A program made the position numbers and the translations under genes. A DNA stretch of 64,000 nucleotides from Nautiliaceae bacterium (lineage in GTDB: Bacteria > Campylobacterota > Campylobacteria > Campylobacterales > Nautiliaceae): the NCBI GenBank assembly GCA_027011225.1, contig JALVAK010000008.1:18312-82311 (forward strand), written 5' to 3'. Within the stretch, counting starts at the first letter, position 1, and each line of letters opens with the position of its first letter. Below are positions 8,786 through 18,451 of the stretch, in pieces. A model generated the notes under the pieces. The model was not told where the DNA came from. It made no database searches and worked only from the letters and a program-made list of their open reading frames with translations.

Positions 8786-9283
8786 ATGAGATTTGTAAGT
8801 ATTTTAATGGGAAGTAAAAGCGATTATGATATTATGAAAGAAGCAGTAAAAGTACTTGAGAAGTTTCAAATTCCATATGAGCTAATTATTACTTCAGCTC
8901 ATAGAACACCTGAGAGGACTCATAATTATGTAAAAGAAGCAGAAGAGAGGGGTGCAAAAGTATTTATTTGTGGTGCTGGGATGGCTGCACATCTTGCAGG
9001 TGTTGTAGCAAGCCTTACTACTAGACCAGTAATTGGTGTACCAATGCCAAGCGGAATGATGGATGGGCTAGATGCTCTTTTATCTACTGTTCAAATGCCA
9101 GGAGGTATGCCTGTAGCAACTCTTGCTGTTGGAAAAGCAGGGGCAAAAAACGCTGCATATCTTGCACTTCAAATTTTAGCAAATAGCGATGATGAATTAA
9201 AAGCTAAGCTCGAAGAAGATAGAATCGCTCAAGCTAAAAAAGTTGAAATGGATTCAAAAGAAGTAGAAGTAAGACTTGATTGA
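8786..9283 (+). CDS. purE: N5-carboxyaminoimidazole ribonucleotide mutase PurE
   Basis: IMGSKSDYDIM, SAHRTPE and GAGMAAHLAGVVAS motifs. 165 aa. Confidence 0.95.
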   Translation: MRFVSILMGSKSDYDIMKEAVKVLEKFQIPYELIITSAHRTPERTHNYVKEAEERGAKVFICGAGMAAHLAGVVASLTTRPVIGVPMPSGMMDGLDALLSTVQMPGGMPVATLAVGKAGAKNAAYLALQILANSDDELKAKLEEDRIAQAKKVEMDSKEVEVRLD

Positions 9284-9741
9284 TGCAAACTTGGCTTAAT
9301 ATTGAAGAATTTGCAAAACTTAGCGGAAAAGATAAAAAAGAGATTATAAACCTTTGCAAAGAGAAAAAATTAAAATGCAAAAAAAATAAAGATGGCATAT
9401 TTATTGAAGTGGAGTCTATTGCGAAATCTTTAGTTCCTTTGCAAGAATTACAGATTATTGAAAAAGAGCATTCTATTGCTGATAGAGTAATTAGAATGCT
9501 TTTAGCTTTGCATGAAAAAGTTTTAATGAGTAAAGATGAAACAATTGAGACTTTAAAAGAAGAGAATAAATTTTTAAAAGAATCGATTTATTCTATGCAA
9601 GAAGTTTATGAAGAGTCTAAAAAAACAATTGAAAGACTTCAAAAACAGCTTGAAATTTGTCAAGAAGAGCTTGAGTTTTGTAAGAAAAAATATAAACTTA
9701 TGTGGGGTAGAGTACTTAAAAAAGAAAATAAAGAAGAATAA
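9283..9741 (+). CDS. Hypothetical coiled-coil protein with N-terminal HTH-like segment
   Basis: ATG 9283 overlaps the purE stop (TGATG). N-terminal NIEEFAKLSGKDKKEIINLCK looks like a helix-turn-helix. The remainder is a heptad-rich coiled coil. Confidence 0.45.
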   Translation: MQTWLNIEEFAKLSGKDKKEIINLCKEKKLKCKKNKDGIFIEVESIAKSLVPLQELQIIEKEHSIADRVIRMLLALHEKVLMSKDETIETLKEENKFLKESIYSMQEVYEESKKTIERLQKQLEICQEELEFCKKKYKLMWGRVLKKENKEE

Positions 9742-9760
9742 TTAAATTTAAGGAGGAGAT

Positions 9761-10000
9761 ATGGCACAAAAAAGAGTAGTTCTTTTTACAGCACCAGGGT
9801 GTATTTGGTGTACTAGAGCAGAGCAGTTTTTTAAAAAAAATAAAATTAAATATAGAAAAATTGATATAAGTAAAGACGCTAAAGCAGCAAAAGATTGTGA
9901 AAGACATGGATGTAGAGGGGTACCTGTAATTTTAATAGGAAATAGATGGATTTGTGGATTTAATGAGCCTGTTATTAAAAAAGAATTGGGAATTAAATGA
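9761..10000 (+). CDS. Glutaredoxin-like (NrdH/Grx family) small redox protein
   Basis: 79 aa with CxxC active site (APGCIWC) and the downstream GVPVILIG thioredoxin-fold signature. RBS AAGGAGG upstream. Confidence 0.75.
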   Translation: MAQKRVVLFTAPGCIWCTRAEQFFKKNKIKYRKIDISKDAKAAKDCERHGCRGVPVILIGNRWICGFNEPVIKKELGIK

Positions 10001-10857
10001 AAATAAGCAAAGAGTGTTATTTGTGTATTTTTAATCAAGTTTTTAATGTAACAAATAGATTAAATCTTGATGAAGAGACTTCTTCATTAGTGCTTAGAGA
10101 AGGGGCAAAGAGGCTATCAAAATATGATTTATCTTTTGAGCCTCCTATAATAGCAAGTGATATTTATAGCGGTGTTAGCGAGATTGTAAAAAAAGAGGAT
10201 TTATTTGAAGATGCAAAAAAAGAAGCTATTAAAGAAGCACTTAAATTTAAACCTATTTTAAAAAAAAGACTCTCTAAATCAAAAGATAAACTTTTTGATG
10301 CTTGTAAAATTGCAGTTGCTGGAAATGTAATAGATTTAGGAGTAAATCAGGAGTATGATTTAACAAAAGAGATTAAAAAAATTTTTGAAGTTGATTTTTA
10401 TAAAAACGATTATAGTGAGTTTAGAGAAAAAGTATTAAATTCTAAAAGTATTTGCTACTTAGCAGATAATGCAGGCGAGAATGTTTTTGATGAGATTTTA
10501 ATTGAAGTTATTAAAGAATTAAATTCTGAAGTGAAAGTTTTTTATTTAGTAAGAGGTAAGCCAATTATCAATGATGTAACTATTAAAGATTTAGAAGGGC
10601 TTGAAATATTTAACTTAGCTGAGGTAATAGACACCGGAGTAGATACTCCTGGATTTTGTTTAAATAGAGCAAATAAAAAGTCAAAAGATATTTTTTATGG
10701 CGCTGATATGGTAATTAGCAAAGGAATGGGAAATTTTGAATGTTTATTTGATGAGTGTGGAAGAGAAGTTTTTTATCTATTTAAGGTTAAATGTGATGTA
10801 GTAGCTAGAGCTAGCGAAAGTAAAAAAGGTGAATATATGTTGTTTAAAGGAGAATGA
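9997..10857 (+). CDS. DUF89 / ARMT1-like damage-control phosphatase
   Basis: YLADNAGENVFDEILIE and ISKGMGNFE motifs typical of DUF89. 4-nt ATGA overlap with the glutaredoxin-like gene. Confidence 0.7.
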   Translation: MKISKECYLCIFNQVFNVTNRLNLDEETSSLVLREGAKRLSKYDLSFEPPIIASDIYSGVSEIVKKEDLFEDAKKEAIKEALKFKPILKKRLSKSKDKLFDACKIAVAGNVIDLGVNQEYDLTKEIKKIFEVDFYKNDYSEFREKVLNSKSICYLADNAGENVFDEILIEVIKELNSEVKVFYLVRGKPIINDVTIKDLEGLEIFNLAEVIDTGVDTPGFCLNRANKKSKDIFYGADMVISKGMGNFECLFDECGREVFYLFKVKCDVVARASESKKGEYMLFKGE

Positions 10858-11709
10858 ATGTATTTTAGTGATTTACTTTTAAAGCTTCAAGAATTTTGGA
10901 AAAATAAGGGTTGTAATATAGTAATGCCGTATGATTTTCCAAGTGGGGCAGGGACATTTCATCCAGCAACTCTTCTTAGAAGCCTAGAAGATAGAGAGTG
11001 GAATGTAGCGTATGTAGCTCCTAGTAGAAGACCAACTGATGGTAGATATGGAGAAAATCCAAATAGGCTAGGAAGCTATTATCAGTTTCAAGTTATTATG
11101 AAGCCAAGCCCAGATAATATTCAAGATATGTATCTTGAATCTCTTGAGTATTTAGGACTAAATTTGAAAGAACACGATATCAGATTTGTAGAAGATAACT
11201 GGGAATCACCAACTCTTGGAGCTTGGGGGCTTGGATGGGAAGTATGGCTTGATGGAATGGAGATTACTCAATTTACATACTTTCAACAAGTAGGAGGAAT
11301 CAAAACTTTTCCAGTGCCAGTAGAGATTACATATGGGACTGAGAGACTTGCAATGTATCTTCAAGGTGTAGATAATGTTTATGATATAAAATGGAATGAA
11401 AATACTACATATGGAGATATGCACAGACGCTCTGAATATGAGTTTTCAAAATACAATTTTGAAATAGCAGATACTAATATGCTTTTTAGATGGTTTGAAG
11501 ATAGTAGACATGAAGCAAAAAGATGTCTTGAAGCTAATTTGCCACTTCCAGCGTATGATTATACAATTTTTGCAAGTCATATTTTTAATGTCCTTGATGC
11601 AAGAAAAGCAATCTCTCAAACTGAGAGGCAAAACTATATTTTAAAAATAAGAGAGCTTGCAAAGGCAGTAGCTGAGAAATATGTAGAGACTACAAAAGGA
11701 AATAAATGA
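10858..11709 (+). CDS. glyQ: Glycine--tRNA ligase alpha subunit
   Basis: Highly conserved GlyQ sequence ([43 protein letters not shown]). Confidence 0.97.
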   Translation: MYFSDLLLKLQEFWKNKGCNIVMPYDFPSGAGTFHPATLLRSLEDREWNVAYVAPSRRPTDGRYGENPNRLGSYYQFQVIMKPSPDNIQDMYLESLEYLGLNLKEHDIRFVEDNWESPTLGAWGLGWEVWLDGMEITQFTYFQQVGGIKTFPVPVEITYGTERLAMYLQGVDNVYDIKWNENTTYGDMHRRSEYEFSKYNFEIADTNMLFRWFEDSRHEAKRCLEANLPLPAYDYTIFASHIFNVLDARKAISQTERQNYILKIRELAKAVAEKYVETTKGNK

Positions 11710-12428
11710 AATTACAGACAATTTATGATATTTTAAATGAAATTTCTCCTTTTTCTTTGCAAGAAGAGTGGGATAATAGTGGGGTAAATGTAGGAGATTT
11801 TGAAAGTGAAATAAGTAAAATTTATATCTCTCTTGATTTAGATGAGAGGGTTTTAGATGAAGTTGATGAAAATTCTTTAATAATTACTCATCATCCTTTA
11901 ATTTTTAGAGCTATAAAAAAGGTTATCCCAAATAGATTTTCAACAAAACTTTTAATTAAAATGATACAAAAAAACATCTCACACATCGCAATGCATACAA
12001 ATTTTGATAAAACTCATTTAAATGAATATTTTGCTAAGAGGGTTTTGGGTTTTTGTGGAGAGAGTGAGGAGTTTATTTTTTATGCTGATGTTGATATGAA
12101 TTTTTTAGAATTAGTAGAGTATGTAAAAAAAAGAATGAATTTAGAGAATTTAAGAGTAGTAAAAGCAAAAGAAAAAATTAAAAAAATTGCTATTACTACT
12201 GGGGCTGGGATGAGTTTGCTTGATATGATAAAAGCAGATTGTTTTTTAACTGGTGATATTAAATATCATGAAGCAATGGATGCAAAAATTAGAGGTATAA
12301 ATTTAATAGATATAACTCATTATCATAGTGAGAAGTATTTTGTTGATTGTTTATATGAGATTTTAGATAATAAAATTGATATAGAGGTTATCAAAACAAA
12401 TTCTGATGACCCTTTTAATTTGATATAA
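11706..12428 (+). CDS. Nif3-like dinuclear metal center protein
   Basis: [22 protein letters not shown] and [11 protein letters not shown] motifs of the NIF3/YbgI family. Confidence 0.85.
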   Translation: MKLQTIYDILNEISPFSLQEEWDNSGVNVGDFESEISKIYISLDLDERVLDEVDENSLIITHHPLIFRAIKKVIPNRFSTKLLIKMIQKNISHIAMHTNFDKTHLNEYFAKRVLGFCGESEEFIFYADVDMNFLELVEYVKKRMNLENLRVVKAKEKIKKIAITTGAGMSLLDMIKADCFLTGDIKYHEAMDAKIRGINLIDITHYHSEKYFVDCLYEILDNKIDIEVIKTNSDDPFNLI

Positions 12429-12450
12429 TTTCATCAAAAAAGGCAGCTAA

Positions 12451-13167
12451 ATGAATAAATTTTTAGAAGAATTAATTGAACTTAATAGGTTAGAGAGAAA
12501 GTTAAAAGAGCTTGAGCCTGTTGAAGCTAGTATAAAAGCACCTTTAATTAAGCTTGAAAATCAAAAAAAATCTCTTGAGAGCAGACTTGAAAAACTTGAT
12601 GAAGAGATAAAAAATATTAAACTTAAAAAAAGTAAAAATGAGTTATTAATAGCTGAGCTTAAAGAAAAATTAAAAGATATTGAGGAAAAACAAAGTAAAG
12701 TAAAAAGTGAAAAAGAATTTAAAGCTTTACAGATTGAAGAAGAGTTAGCTCGTGAGCAAATTGAGGCTGCTAATGAAGAAATTGCAAGATTTGAAAAAAT
12801 ACTTGAGCAAAAGGAAGAAGAAAAAGCAGAAATTGAAAAAGAGATAGAAAAAATTGAGGCTGATATCACTCTTACAAAAGTTGATGTAGATAAAAAACTT
12901 GAAAATGTTGAAAAGCAAAAAGAAGAGATTTATAAAAAAAGAGATGAATTAATTAAAAAAATGAATCCAAAAATTTATAGATTTTATGAAAAAATTAAAA
13001 GATGGGCTGGGATTAGTGCAGTGGTGCCTGTTAAAAAACAAGCGTGCAGTGGATGTAATATGAAAATAAATGATAAAATCTTCTCAGAAGTGCTTAAAGG
13101 TGAGGAGATAGTAACTTGTCCACATTGTGGGAGAGTATTATTTATAGAGGAAGAAGATAAAGAGTAG
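12451..13167 (+). CDS. Coiled-coil zinc-ribbon protein (DUF164; HP0958-like flagellar biogenesis factor)
   Basis: Long coiled coil followed by a C4 zinc ribbon (CSGCNMKI...CPHCGRVL). Lies between Nif3 and waaA, as HP0958 does in H. pylori (from memory). Confidence 0.75.
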   Translation: MNKFLEELIELNRLERKLKELEPVEASIKAPLIKLENQKKSLESRLEKLDEEIKNIKLKKSKNELLIAELKEKLKDIEEKQSKVKSEKEFKALQIEEELAREQIEAANEEIARFEKILEQKEEEKAEIEKEIEKIEADITLTKVDVDKKLENVEKQKEEIYKKRDELIKKMNPKIYRFYEKIKRWAGISAVVPVKKQACSGCNMKINDKIFSEVLKGEEIVTCPHCGRVLFIEEEDKE

Positions 13168-14270
13168 TGACTTTTATATATTGCATATTATCTTTAATAA
13201 TTTATCTTTTTTCACTTCCTTTTTTGGTTTTTCTCTCATTTAAAAATAAATATCGTCGCTCAATTCCTGCTAGGTTTTTTCTTTATAAAAATCCTCCTTT
13301 TAAAGAAAAAGCCCATTATTTTCATGCATGCTCTCTAGGAGAAACAAAAGCGCTAAGAGCTATTATAGAAAAATTTAATAAGGTTAATTTAAGTGTTATT
13401 ACAAACACCGGTTATCAAGAAGCAAAAAAATATAAAAATGCAGATGTGAGATTTTTGCCATTTGAGATATTTTTGCCTTTTTGGTTTAAGCCTTGTAAAT
13501 CGCTAGTAGTTATGGAAGCTGAGCTTTGGTATTGTCTGTTTTTAATGGGGAAAAAAAGATGTAATAAAACAATTTTGCTTAATGCAAGAATCAGTGAGAA
13601 AAGCTATAAAAGGTATTTAAAGTTTAAGTGGTTTTATAAGCATATTTTTAAAAATATCGATATAGTTTTAGCACAAAGCGAAGAAGATAAAAAAAGACTT
13701 TTAAACTTAGGTGCAAAGAATGTAGAAGTTGTAGGAAATATAAAAACGTATTTTAAGCCTCAGGTTACAAAAGAATATACTAAAAAAAAGCCATTAATTG
13801 TTGTAGCTTCTACACATGAAAATGAAGAAGAGTTAATTCTTAATAACTTGCCTTTAGATGATTATCAAGTAATAGTTATACCTAGACATCCTGAGAGGTT
13901 TGAGGAAGTATATAAAATTATGCAAAAATTTGGAAAAGTTGATAGATTTTCTCAAAGTGAATTAAAAGGAGATTTGATTTTGTGTGATAAAATGGGCGAG
14001 CTTATAAATTTGTATAGAATTGCTGATGTAGTGATACTCGGTGGAAGTTTTGTAGATAATGTAGGAGGTCATAATCCTATTGAAGCAGCCTATTTTAATA
14101 AACCAATAATTAGTGGGAAATATTATTTTAATCAAAAAGCTTTATATAAAGCAGTTGAAAATATTGTAATTTGTAATGTAAAGGATATTAAACAGGCTAT
14201 AAAAAATGCTAAGCCTACTAAAATTAAAACTAAAGTAGATATTGAGAAAATTTTAAAAGTTATTGAATAA
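13167..14270 (+). CDS. waaA: 3-deoxy-D-manno-octulosonic acid (Kdo) transferase
   Basis: N-terminal membrane anchor, HACSLGETKAL and PRHPERF motifs of WaaA/KdtA. Confidence 0.85.
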   Translation: MTFIYCILSLIIYLFSLPFLVFLSFKNKYRRSIPARFFLYKNPPFKEKAHYFHACSLGETKALRAIIEKFNKVNLSVITNTGYQEAKKYKNADVRFLPFEIFLPFWFKPCKSLVVMEAELWYCLFLMGKKRCNKTILLNARISEKSYKRYLKFKWFYKHIFKNIDIVLAQSEEDKKRLLNLGAKNVEVVGNIKTYFKPQVTKEYTKKKPLIVVASTHENEEELILNNLPLDDYQVIVIPRHPERFEEVYKIMQKFGKVDRFSQSELKGDLILCDKMGELINLYRIADVVILGGSFVDNVGGHNPIEAAYFNKPIISGKYYFNQKALYKAVENIVICNVKDIKQAIKNAKPTKIKTKVDIEKILKVIE

Positions 14271-14279
14271 AGGAGAGAT

Positions 14280-14564
14280 ATGGCTTTTTATGAGATAAAA
14301 AATGACAAAGCTTTTATAAATATAAAAGTACAGCCAAATTCAAGTCAAAATAAAATAGCTGGTATTTATAATGAAAATCAGATAAAAATTAATATAAAAG
14401 CTCCAGCAGTTGAAGGCGCGGCAAATAAAGAATTGATTAAGTTTCTCTCAAAAACTTTTAAAGTTCCTAAAAGCAGTATTGAAATAAAAGGTGAAACGAG
14501 CAAACAAAAAATAGTAATTCTACCATTAAATGAAAAGGTTAAAAACTTTTTAGAGAGTTTGTAA
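14280..14564 (+). CDS. DUF167 (YggU) family protein
   Basis: 94 aa with IKVQPNSSQNKI...AAPVEGAANKELIKFLSK, typical of the YggU family. Confidence 0.8.
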   Translation: MAFYEIKNDKAFINIKVQPNSSQNKIAGIYNENQIKINIKAPAVEGAANKELIKFLSKTFKVPKSSIEIKGETSKQKIVILPLNEKVKNFLESL

Positions 14565-14567
14565 TTT

Positions 14568-14585
14568 TTGGAATAAATATTGCTT
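14568..14585 (+). promoter_or_regulatory. Sigma54 (RpoN) -24/-12 promoter of fliK-flgD-flgE2
   Basis: TTGGAATAAATATTGCTT with GG at 14570-14571 and GC at 14582-14583. Same spacing to the ATG as the flgI promoter. Confidence 0.75.
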
Positions 14586-14604
14586 AAGCCTTTTAAAAAG
14601 GCTT
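14586..14604. repeat. Palindrome AAGCCTTTT-A-AAAAGGCTT overlapping the predicted fliK transcription start, followed by a T-run
   Basis: Perfect 9-bp arms followed by TTT. Could act as an intrinsic terminator for waaA-DUF167 read-through. Confidence 0.8.
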
Positions 14605-14607
14605 TTT

Positions 14608-15828
14608 ATGATATTGCCTATAATTAATTTATTAGATTTATTAGACAACACTCCTAAAAAAAATACTCCAAATGAGAATTTAGATTTTTTAGTACTAATA
14701 AAAAATTTTGATAAAGAATTTTCCTCTTTAAATAATAAAAAATTAGAAAATGAGCTAAAATTTATAAAAAAGCATGATACTAAATTCCCTATTAAAAATA
14801 AAATCAACATAACTAGTTTATTATTAAATAAACCTAAAGTGCATTTGAATAAAGTACATCGTAAAAATAAAAAAATTACAGATACTCTTTTAAGAGAAAA
14901 TATAATAGGAGCTTTAAAAGTAGAAGAGATAAAAAATATATTAATTTCAAAAGCTAAGAGCGATTTTAAAATTAATATATTAGTAAATTCAAAAGAGTTT
15001 AAAAAAGTATCTTCTTTAAAAGAGCTTATACATATAGCTCAAAAATTTGAATTAAATTTAACAAAAATAATAATAGATACAAAACAAAATAATAATACAA
15101 AACAAATAGATTTTATAAAAACTATAATAGAGAGCAAAGCTACTATAAATCATAAAGTTTTCAGTAATAAAGTAAAAATCACAAATAATAAACTTATAAA
15201 TAATAAAATAGATAAGCCTCATCGCAAAGTAAATAAACTTCATACAAAACTTTTAATGCCTAAAAAGAAAGTTGAAGATAGTATAAAAGAAGTAGAGATA
15301 AAAAATATAGAAATTAAAAATGTAGTAAATAAAATTCGCTCAAATGAAAAAGAAGTTAATTTAGCATCTTTATTAAACGCTAAAAAAGAGTTTAAAGAGA
15401 CTAAAAAAGATAATCCTTTTGTATTTGCTCATCATAATGAATTTAAAACTAAAATTATAACTTCAAAACAGAGTTTAACTCATTTTGTATCTTCTTTACA
15501 AGATGCAATACAAAATTATAAACCTCCTGTTACTAAGTTATCTATCCAGCTTCATCCAAAAGAGATAGGAAAAATAAAAATAACTATGAAACAGCAAGGA
15601 GATAATTTAAATATTCAAATTAATACAAATAACTCAACTGCTATAAATTTTTTATCTTCTCAACAACAAGAGATAAAAAGTGCATTAGTTGCTATGGGAT
15701 TTAGCAATATTAATATGAATTTTAATGATAATAGTAAAAAACAAAAAGAGCAAAATTTTTATAAAAGTGAAGTTTTTTTAGAAGAAGAGGATATGCCAAT
15801 TATTGAATTTAACTACAAATATGCTTAA
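14608..15828 (+). CDS. fliK: Flagellar hook-length control protein FliK
   Basis: Low-complexity N/K-rich N-terminal part. C-terminal FliK-type domain (KLSIQLHPKEIGKIKITMKQQGDNLNIQINTNNSTAINFLSSQQQEIKSAL). Followed by flgD-flgE. Sigma54 promoter upstream. Confidence 0.72.
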   Translation: MILPIINLLDLLDNTPKKNTPNENLDFLVLIKNFDKEFSSLNNKKLENELKFIKKHDTKFPIKNKINITSLLLNKPKVHLNKVHRKNKKITDTLLRENIIGALKVEEIKNILISKAKSDFKINILVNSKEFKKVSSLKELIHIAQKFELNLTKIIIDTKQNNNTKQIDFIKTIIESKATINHKVFSNKVKITNNKLINNKIDKPHRKVNKLHTKLLMPKKKVEDSIKEVEIKNIEIKNVVNKIRSNEKEVNLASLLNAKKEFKETKKDNPFVFAHHNEFKTKIITSKQSLTHFVSSLQDAIQNYKPPVTKLSIQLHPKEIGKIKITMKQQGDNLNIQINTNNSTAINFLSSQQQEIKSALVAMGFSNINMNFNDNSKKQKEQNFYKSEVFLEEEDMPIIEFNYKYA

Positions 15829-15837
15829 GGAGGGATA

Positions 15838-16506
15838 ATGAATACAATAAATCAATTAAATAAAACCCCATCTTCTCAAGATAAAGTTTTTAATCCAAAA
15901 TCTCAGCTTGATAAAGATGCATTTTTAAAGCTTTTTATCAAACAGCTTGAAATGCAAGACCCAACCGACCCCATGGATACAGATAAAATGCTTGAGCAAA
16001 CAGCTTCTCTTACAACGCTAGAGATGAATCAAAATATGCAAAATACACTTAATAAACTAGCAAGTGAGCTTAAATCAAATGAAGAGCTAAATACTATAAA
16101 TGCAATAGGTAAAATTGCAGATACAGGCAATAGATATATTAATATAACAGATAAAGATGTAACAAAAAGTTTTGAGTTGTATTTTGGAGATGATATTTCA
16201 AGTGGAAAAGTAATAATAAAAGATAAGTTAGGTAATGTTATAAGAGAGTTTCCTTTAGAAGCGCATACTAAAGGAATTTTAAGTTTTGAGTGGGATTTAA
16301 GAGATAATAATGGAAATAGAGTTAAGAGTGATTCATATGAAGTGATAGCAGAATATATCTCTCCTGATGGAAAATCGCACACTACTGCTCTTGGGGCATA
16401 TCCTATTGAATCTATAAGATTTGATAATGGAGAAGTTTTAGCAAAACTTGGAAGTAGGTATGTTCCTTTTTCAAATATTAAAGAAATATATCAGTGGCAA
16501 GGATAA
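15838..16506 (+). CDS. flgD: Flagellar hook capping/assembly protein FlgD
   Basis: LDKDAFLKLFIKQLEMQDPTDPMD is the FlgD N-terminal signature. Has the C-terminal FlgD Ig-like part. Confidence 0.9.
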   Translation: MNTINQLNKTPSSQDKVFNPKSQLDKDAFLKLFIKQLEMQDPTDPMDTDKMLEQTASLTTLEMNQNMQNTLNKLASELKSNEELNTINAIGKIADTGNRYINITDKDVTKSFELYFGDDISSGKVIIKDKLGNVIREFPLEAHTKGILSFEWDLRDNNGNRVKSDSYEVIAEYISPDGKSHTTALGAYPIESIRFDNGEVLAKLGSRYVPFSNIKEIYQWQG

Positions 16507-16509
16507 AAT

Positions 16510-18396
16510 ATGACAACTTCTTTTTATAATGGAGTGAGTGGGTTAAAAAGTTTTCAAAATGGTATAGATATATGGGCTCATAATATATCAAATATTAACA
16601 CTACTGCTTTTAAGGCTTCTATTCCTGAATTTGAGAGTATTTTTTCTAAAAATATATCTTCAAATCCTATAAGCTCTGATATAGGGCTTGGCAGTATTTT
16701 ACGCTCTAGCGCAAAAGATTTAAAAGAGGGAAATTTAATAAATACAGATAAAATATTTGATTTGGCATTGAGCAGTGAAGGATGGTTTAGAATACAAAGT
16801 GCTCAAGATTATTTATATACAAGAGATGGAAGATTTAAAAGAGATGCTAACGGATTTTTGGTAAATGATAGAGGGGATTATTTGATAGTTGCAAATGCTA
16901 ATAATTTAGTAAAAACTGATAATGGGTATATTATTACAAATAATGAAATTAGTGATTTAATGAGCAATCTCTCACCTATAGCTTTACCTGAGAATGTAAT
17001 TTTGCCAGCAGTTGCTACAAGTGATGTTAAAATAAGAGCAAATTTAAATGATACTGATAAACTAGAAGATATCTATCCTGCAAAAGAAGATTTATATTTC
17101 TCAGCACTTTATGATAAAGATGGAAATTTTTTAAATATGGTAGATGGAAATTCTATTGCTTATACGTTAGGAGATATATATTATGAAGATAATCTATTTA
17201 AAAAAGAGATTTGTATAAATGAAAATAGCTTAAATTTTGATTTTTATGTGAATGATAAAGAGATAAAACTTTCTTTTTTAAAAGGAAGTAGTAAAGAAGA
17301 GATAATAAATGCTTTAGCAAACGAGCTTAAAAAAAATAATATCTTATTTGATAAAACGTCTAATTCTATTATTATAAAATCAAAAGATAAACTAGTCATA
17401 AAATCAAATGATAATATAGTAACAGATGCTTTAGGTGAAGAGTTAATTTATAAAAATAATCCAGTTAAAACTAATGAATTTAATACAATGCAATCATTTG
17501 CAAATGAAATTCAAAGCGCTCTTAATATTGTATATCCTAATATGAGCTTTGTAGATATAGAAAATGGGAAAATAGTAATTAATAACTTATCTGATAAAAC
17601 AATTAATTCTAAATTTTTTAAGACTTCAGACAATAATGAAGCTTTTTTTAAAAATATTTATTCTCTTGGAAATATCATTTTACCTTATACTGCGGCAAAA
17701 AGTTATGAATTTAGTGCAAATAAAAGAAGCTTTGGTGGATATATTTATGAAGCTGATGGAAATAAAGATACGTTAAGTTTTGAATTTTATAAAAAAGAAG
17801 TAAGCTCTTTAGGCACTATATGGCAGGGTAATATATCAGTTATGAAAGATAAAAATGTAATTTTTAATAAAAGTTTTGATTTTGTTTTTGATACTCAAGG
17901 AAATTTAATATCTCCAGAATCTATAACTATTAATAACCCTCAACAAATTACTATTGCTACTGATTTAAGTGCTTTTAAAAGTGTAGATAATAAAATATCT
18001 TATTCTTTTTCTCAAAATGGAGTAGAAAAAGGATATTTAACAGGTTATGATATAAATGAAAAAGGGGATATTTTTGCTAATTTTTCAAATAATAAAAGTA
18101 TAAAAGTTGCCACTATTCCTATATTTCATTTTGCAAATGATGAAGGTTTAGAGAGTATTGGAGATAATTTATTTAAAGAAACTTCAAATTCAAATAAAGC
18201 TTTTTTATATAAAGATGAAAATGGTAATTATTTTCCTGGAAGTAAAGTTTTATCGCATATGCTAGAAACATCAAATGTAAATATGGCTACAGCTATGACA
18301 GAGCTTATAATAACTCAAAAAGCTTTTGCATCTGCAGCAAAAACAATAACTACTAGTGATGAGATGATTCAAAAGGCAATTAATTTGAAGAGGTAG
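16510..18396 (+). CDS. flgE2: Flagellar hook protein paralogue (FlgE2-type)
   Basis: Axial-protein termini (MTTSFYNGVSGLKSFQNGID...; ...LETSNVNMATAMTELIITQKAFASAAKTITTSDEMIQKAINL). Follows fliK-flgD, like HP0906-0908. Confidence 0.82.
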   Translation: MTTSFYNGVSGLKSFQNGIDIWAHNISNINTTAFKASIPEFESIFSKNISSNPISSDIGLGSILRSSAKDLKEGNLINTDKIFDLALSSEGWFRIQSAQDYLYTRDGRFKRDANGFLVNDRGDYLIVANANNLVKTDNGYIITNNEISDLMSNLSPIALPENVILPAVATSDVKIRANLNDTDKLEDIYPAKEDLYFSALYDKDGNFLNMVDGNSIAYTLGDIYYEDNLFKKEICINENSLNFDFYVNDKEIKLSFLKGSSKEEIINALANELKKNNILFDKTSNSIIIKSKDKLVIKSNDNIVTDALGEELIYKNNPVKTNEFNTMQSFANEIQSALNIVYPNMSFVDIENGKIVINNLSDKTINSKFFKTSDNNEAFFKNIYSLGNIILPYTAAKSYEFSANKRSFGGYIYEADGNKDTLSFEFYKKEVSSLGTIWQGNISVMKDKNVIFNKSFDFVFDTQGNLISPESITINNPQQITIATDLSAFKSVDNKISYSFSQNGVEKGYLTGYDINEKGDIFANFSNNKSIKVATIPIFHFANDEGLESIGDNLFKETSNSNKAFLYKDENGNYFPGSKVLSHMLETSNVNMATAMTELIITQKAFASAAKTITTSDEMIQKAINLKR

Positions 18397-18404
18397 ATAA
18401 GGGT

Positions 18405-18422
18405 TTGGAATGAAAATTGCTT
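18405..18422 (+). promoter_or_regulatory. Sigma54 (RpoN) -24/-12 promoter of flgE
   Basis: TTGGAATGAAAATTGCTT with GG at 18407-18408 and GC at 18419-18420. Lies in the 55-nt gap between flgE2 and flgE. Confidence 0.7.
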
Positions 18423-18451
18423 TAAATTAAAAAAGCTCAAAGGATTTTAAA

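Noticed and set aside
9716-10038. Two minus-strand ORFs (9716-9907, 9748-10038) opposite the glutaredoxin-like gene
   Set aside because: The plus-strand ORF has a CxxC redoxin signature and a strong RBS. The antisense ORFs have no recognisable features.
12451-13167. Highly repetitive K/E-rich coding stretches (here, and at 28901-29125 and 51901-52068) as possible DNA tandem repeats
   Set aside because: The repetition is at the amino-acid composition level (coiled coil or charged tail). There is no exact nucleotide repeat unit.
14550-14810. 86-aa minus-strand ORF across the fliK promoter and 5' end
   Set aside because: It overlaps the sigma54 promoter and the fliK start, is antisense to fliK, and has a low-complexity F/L/S-rich translation.
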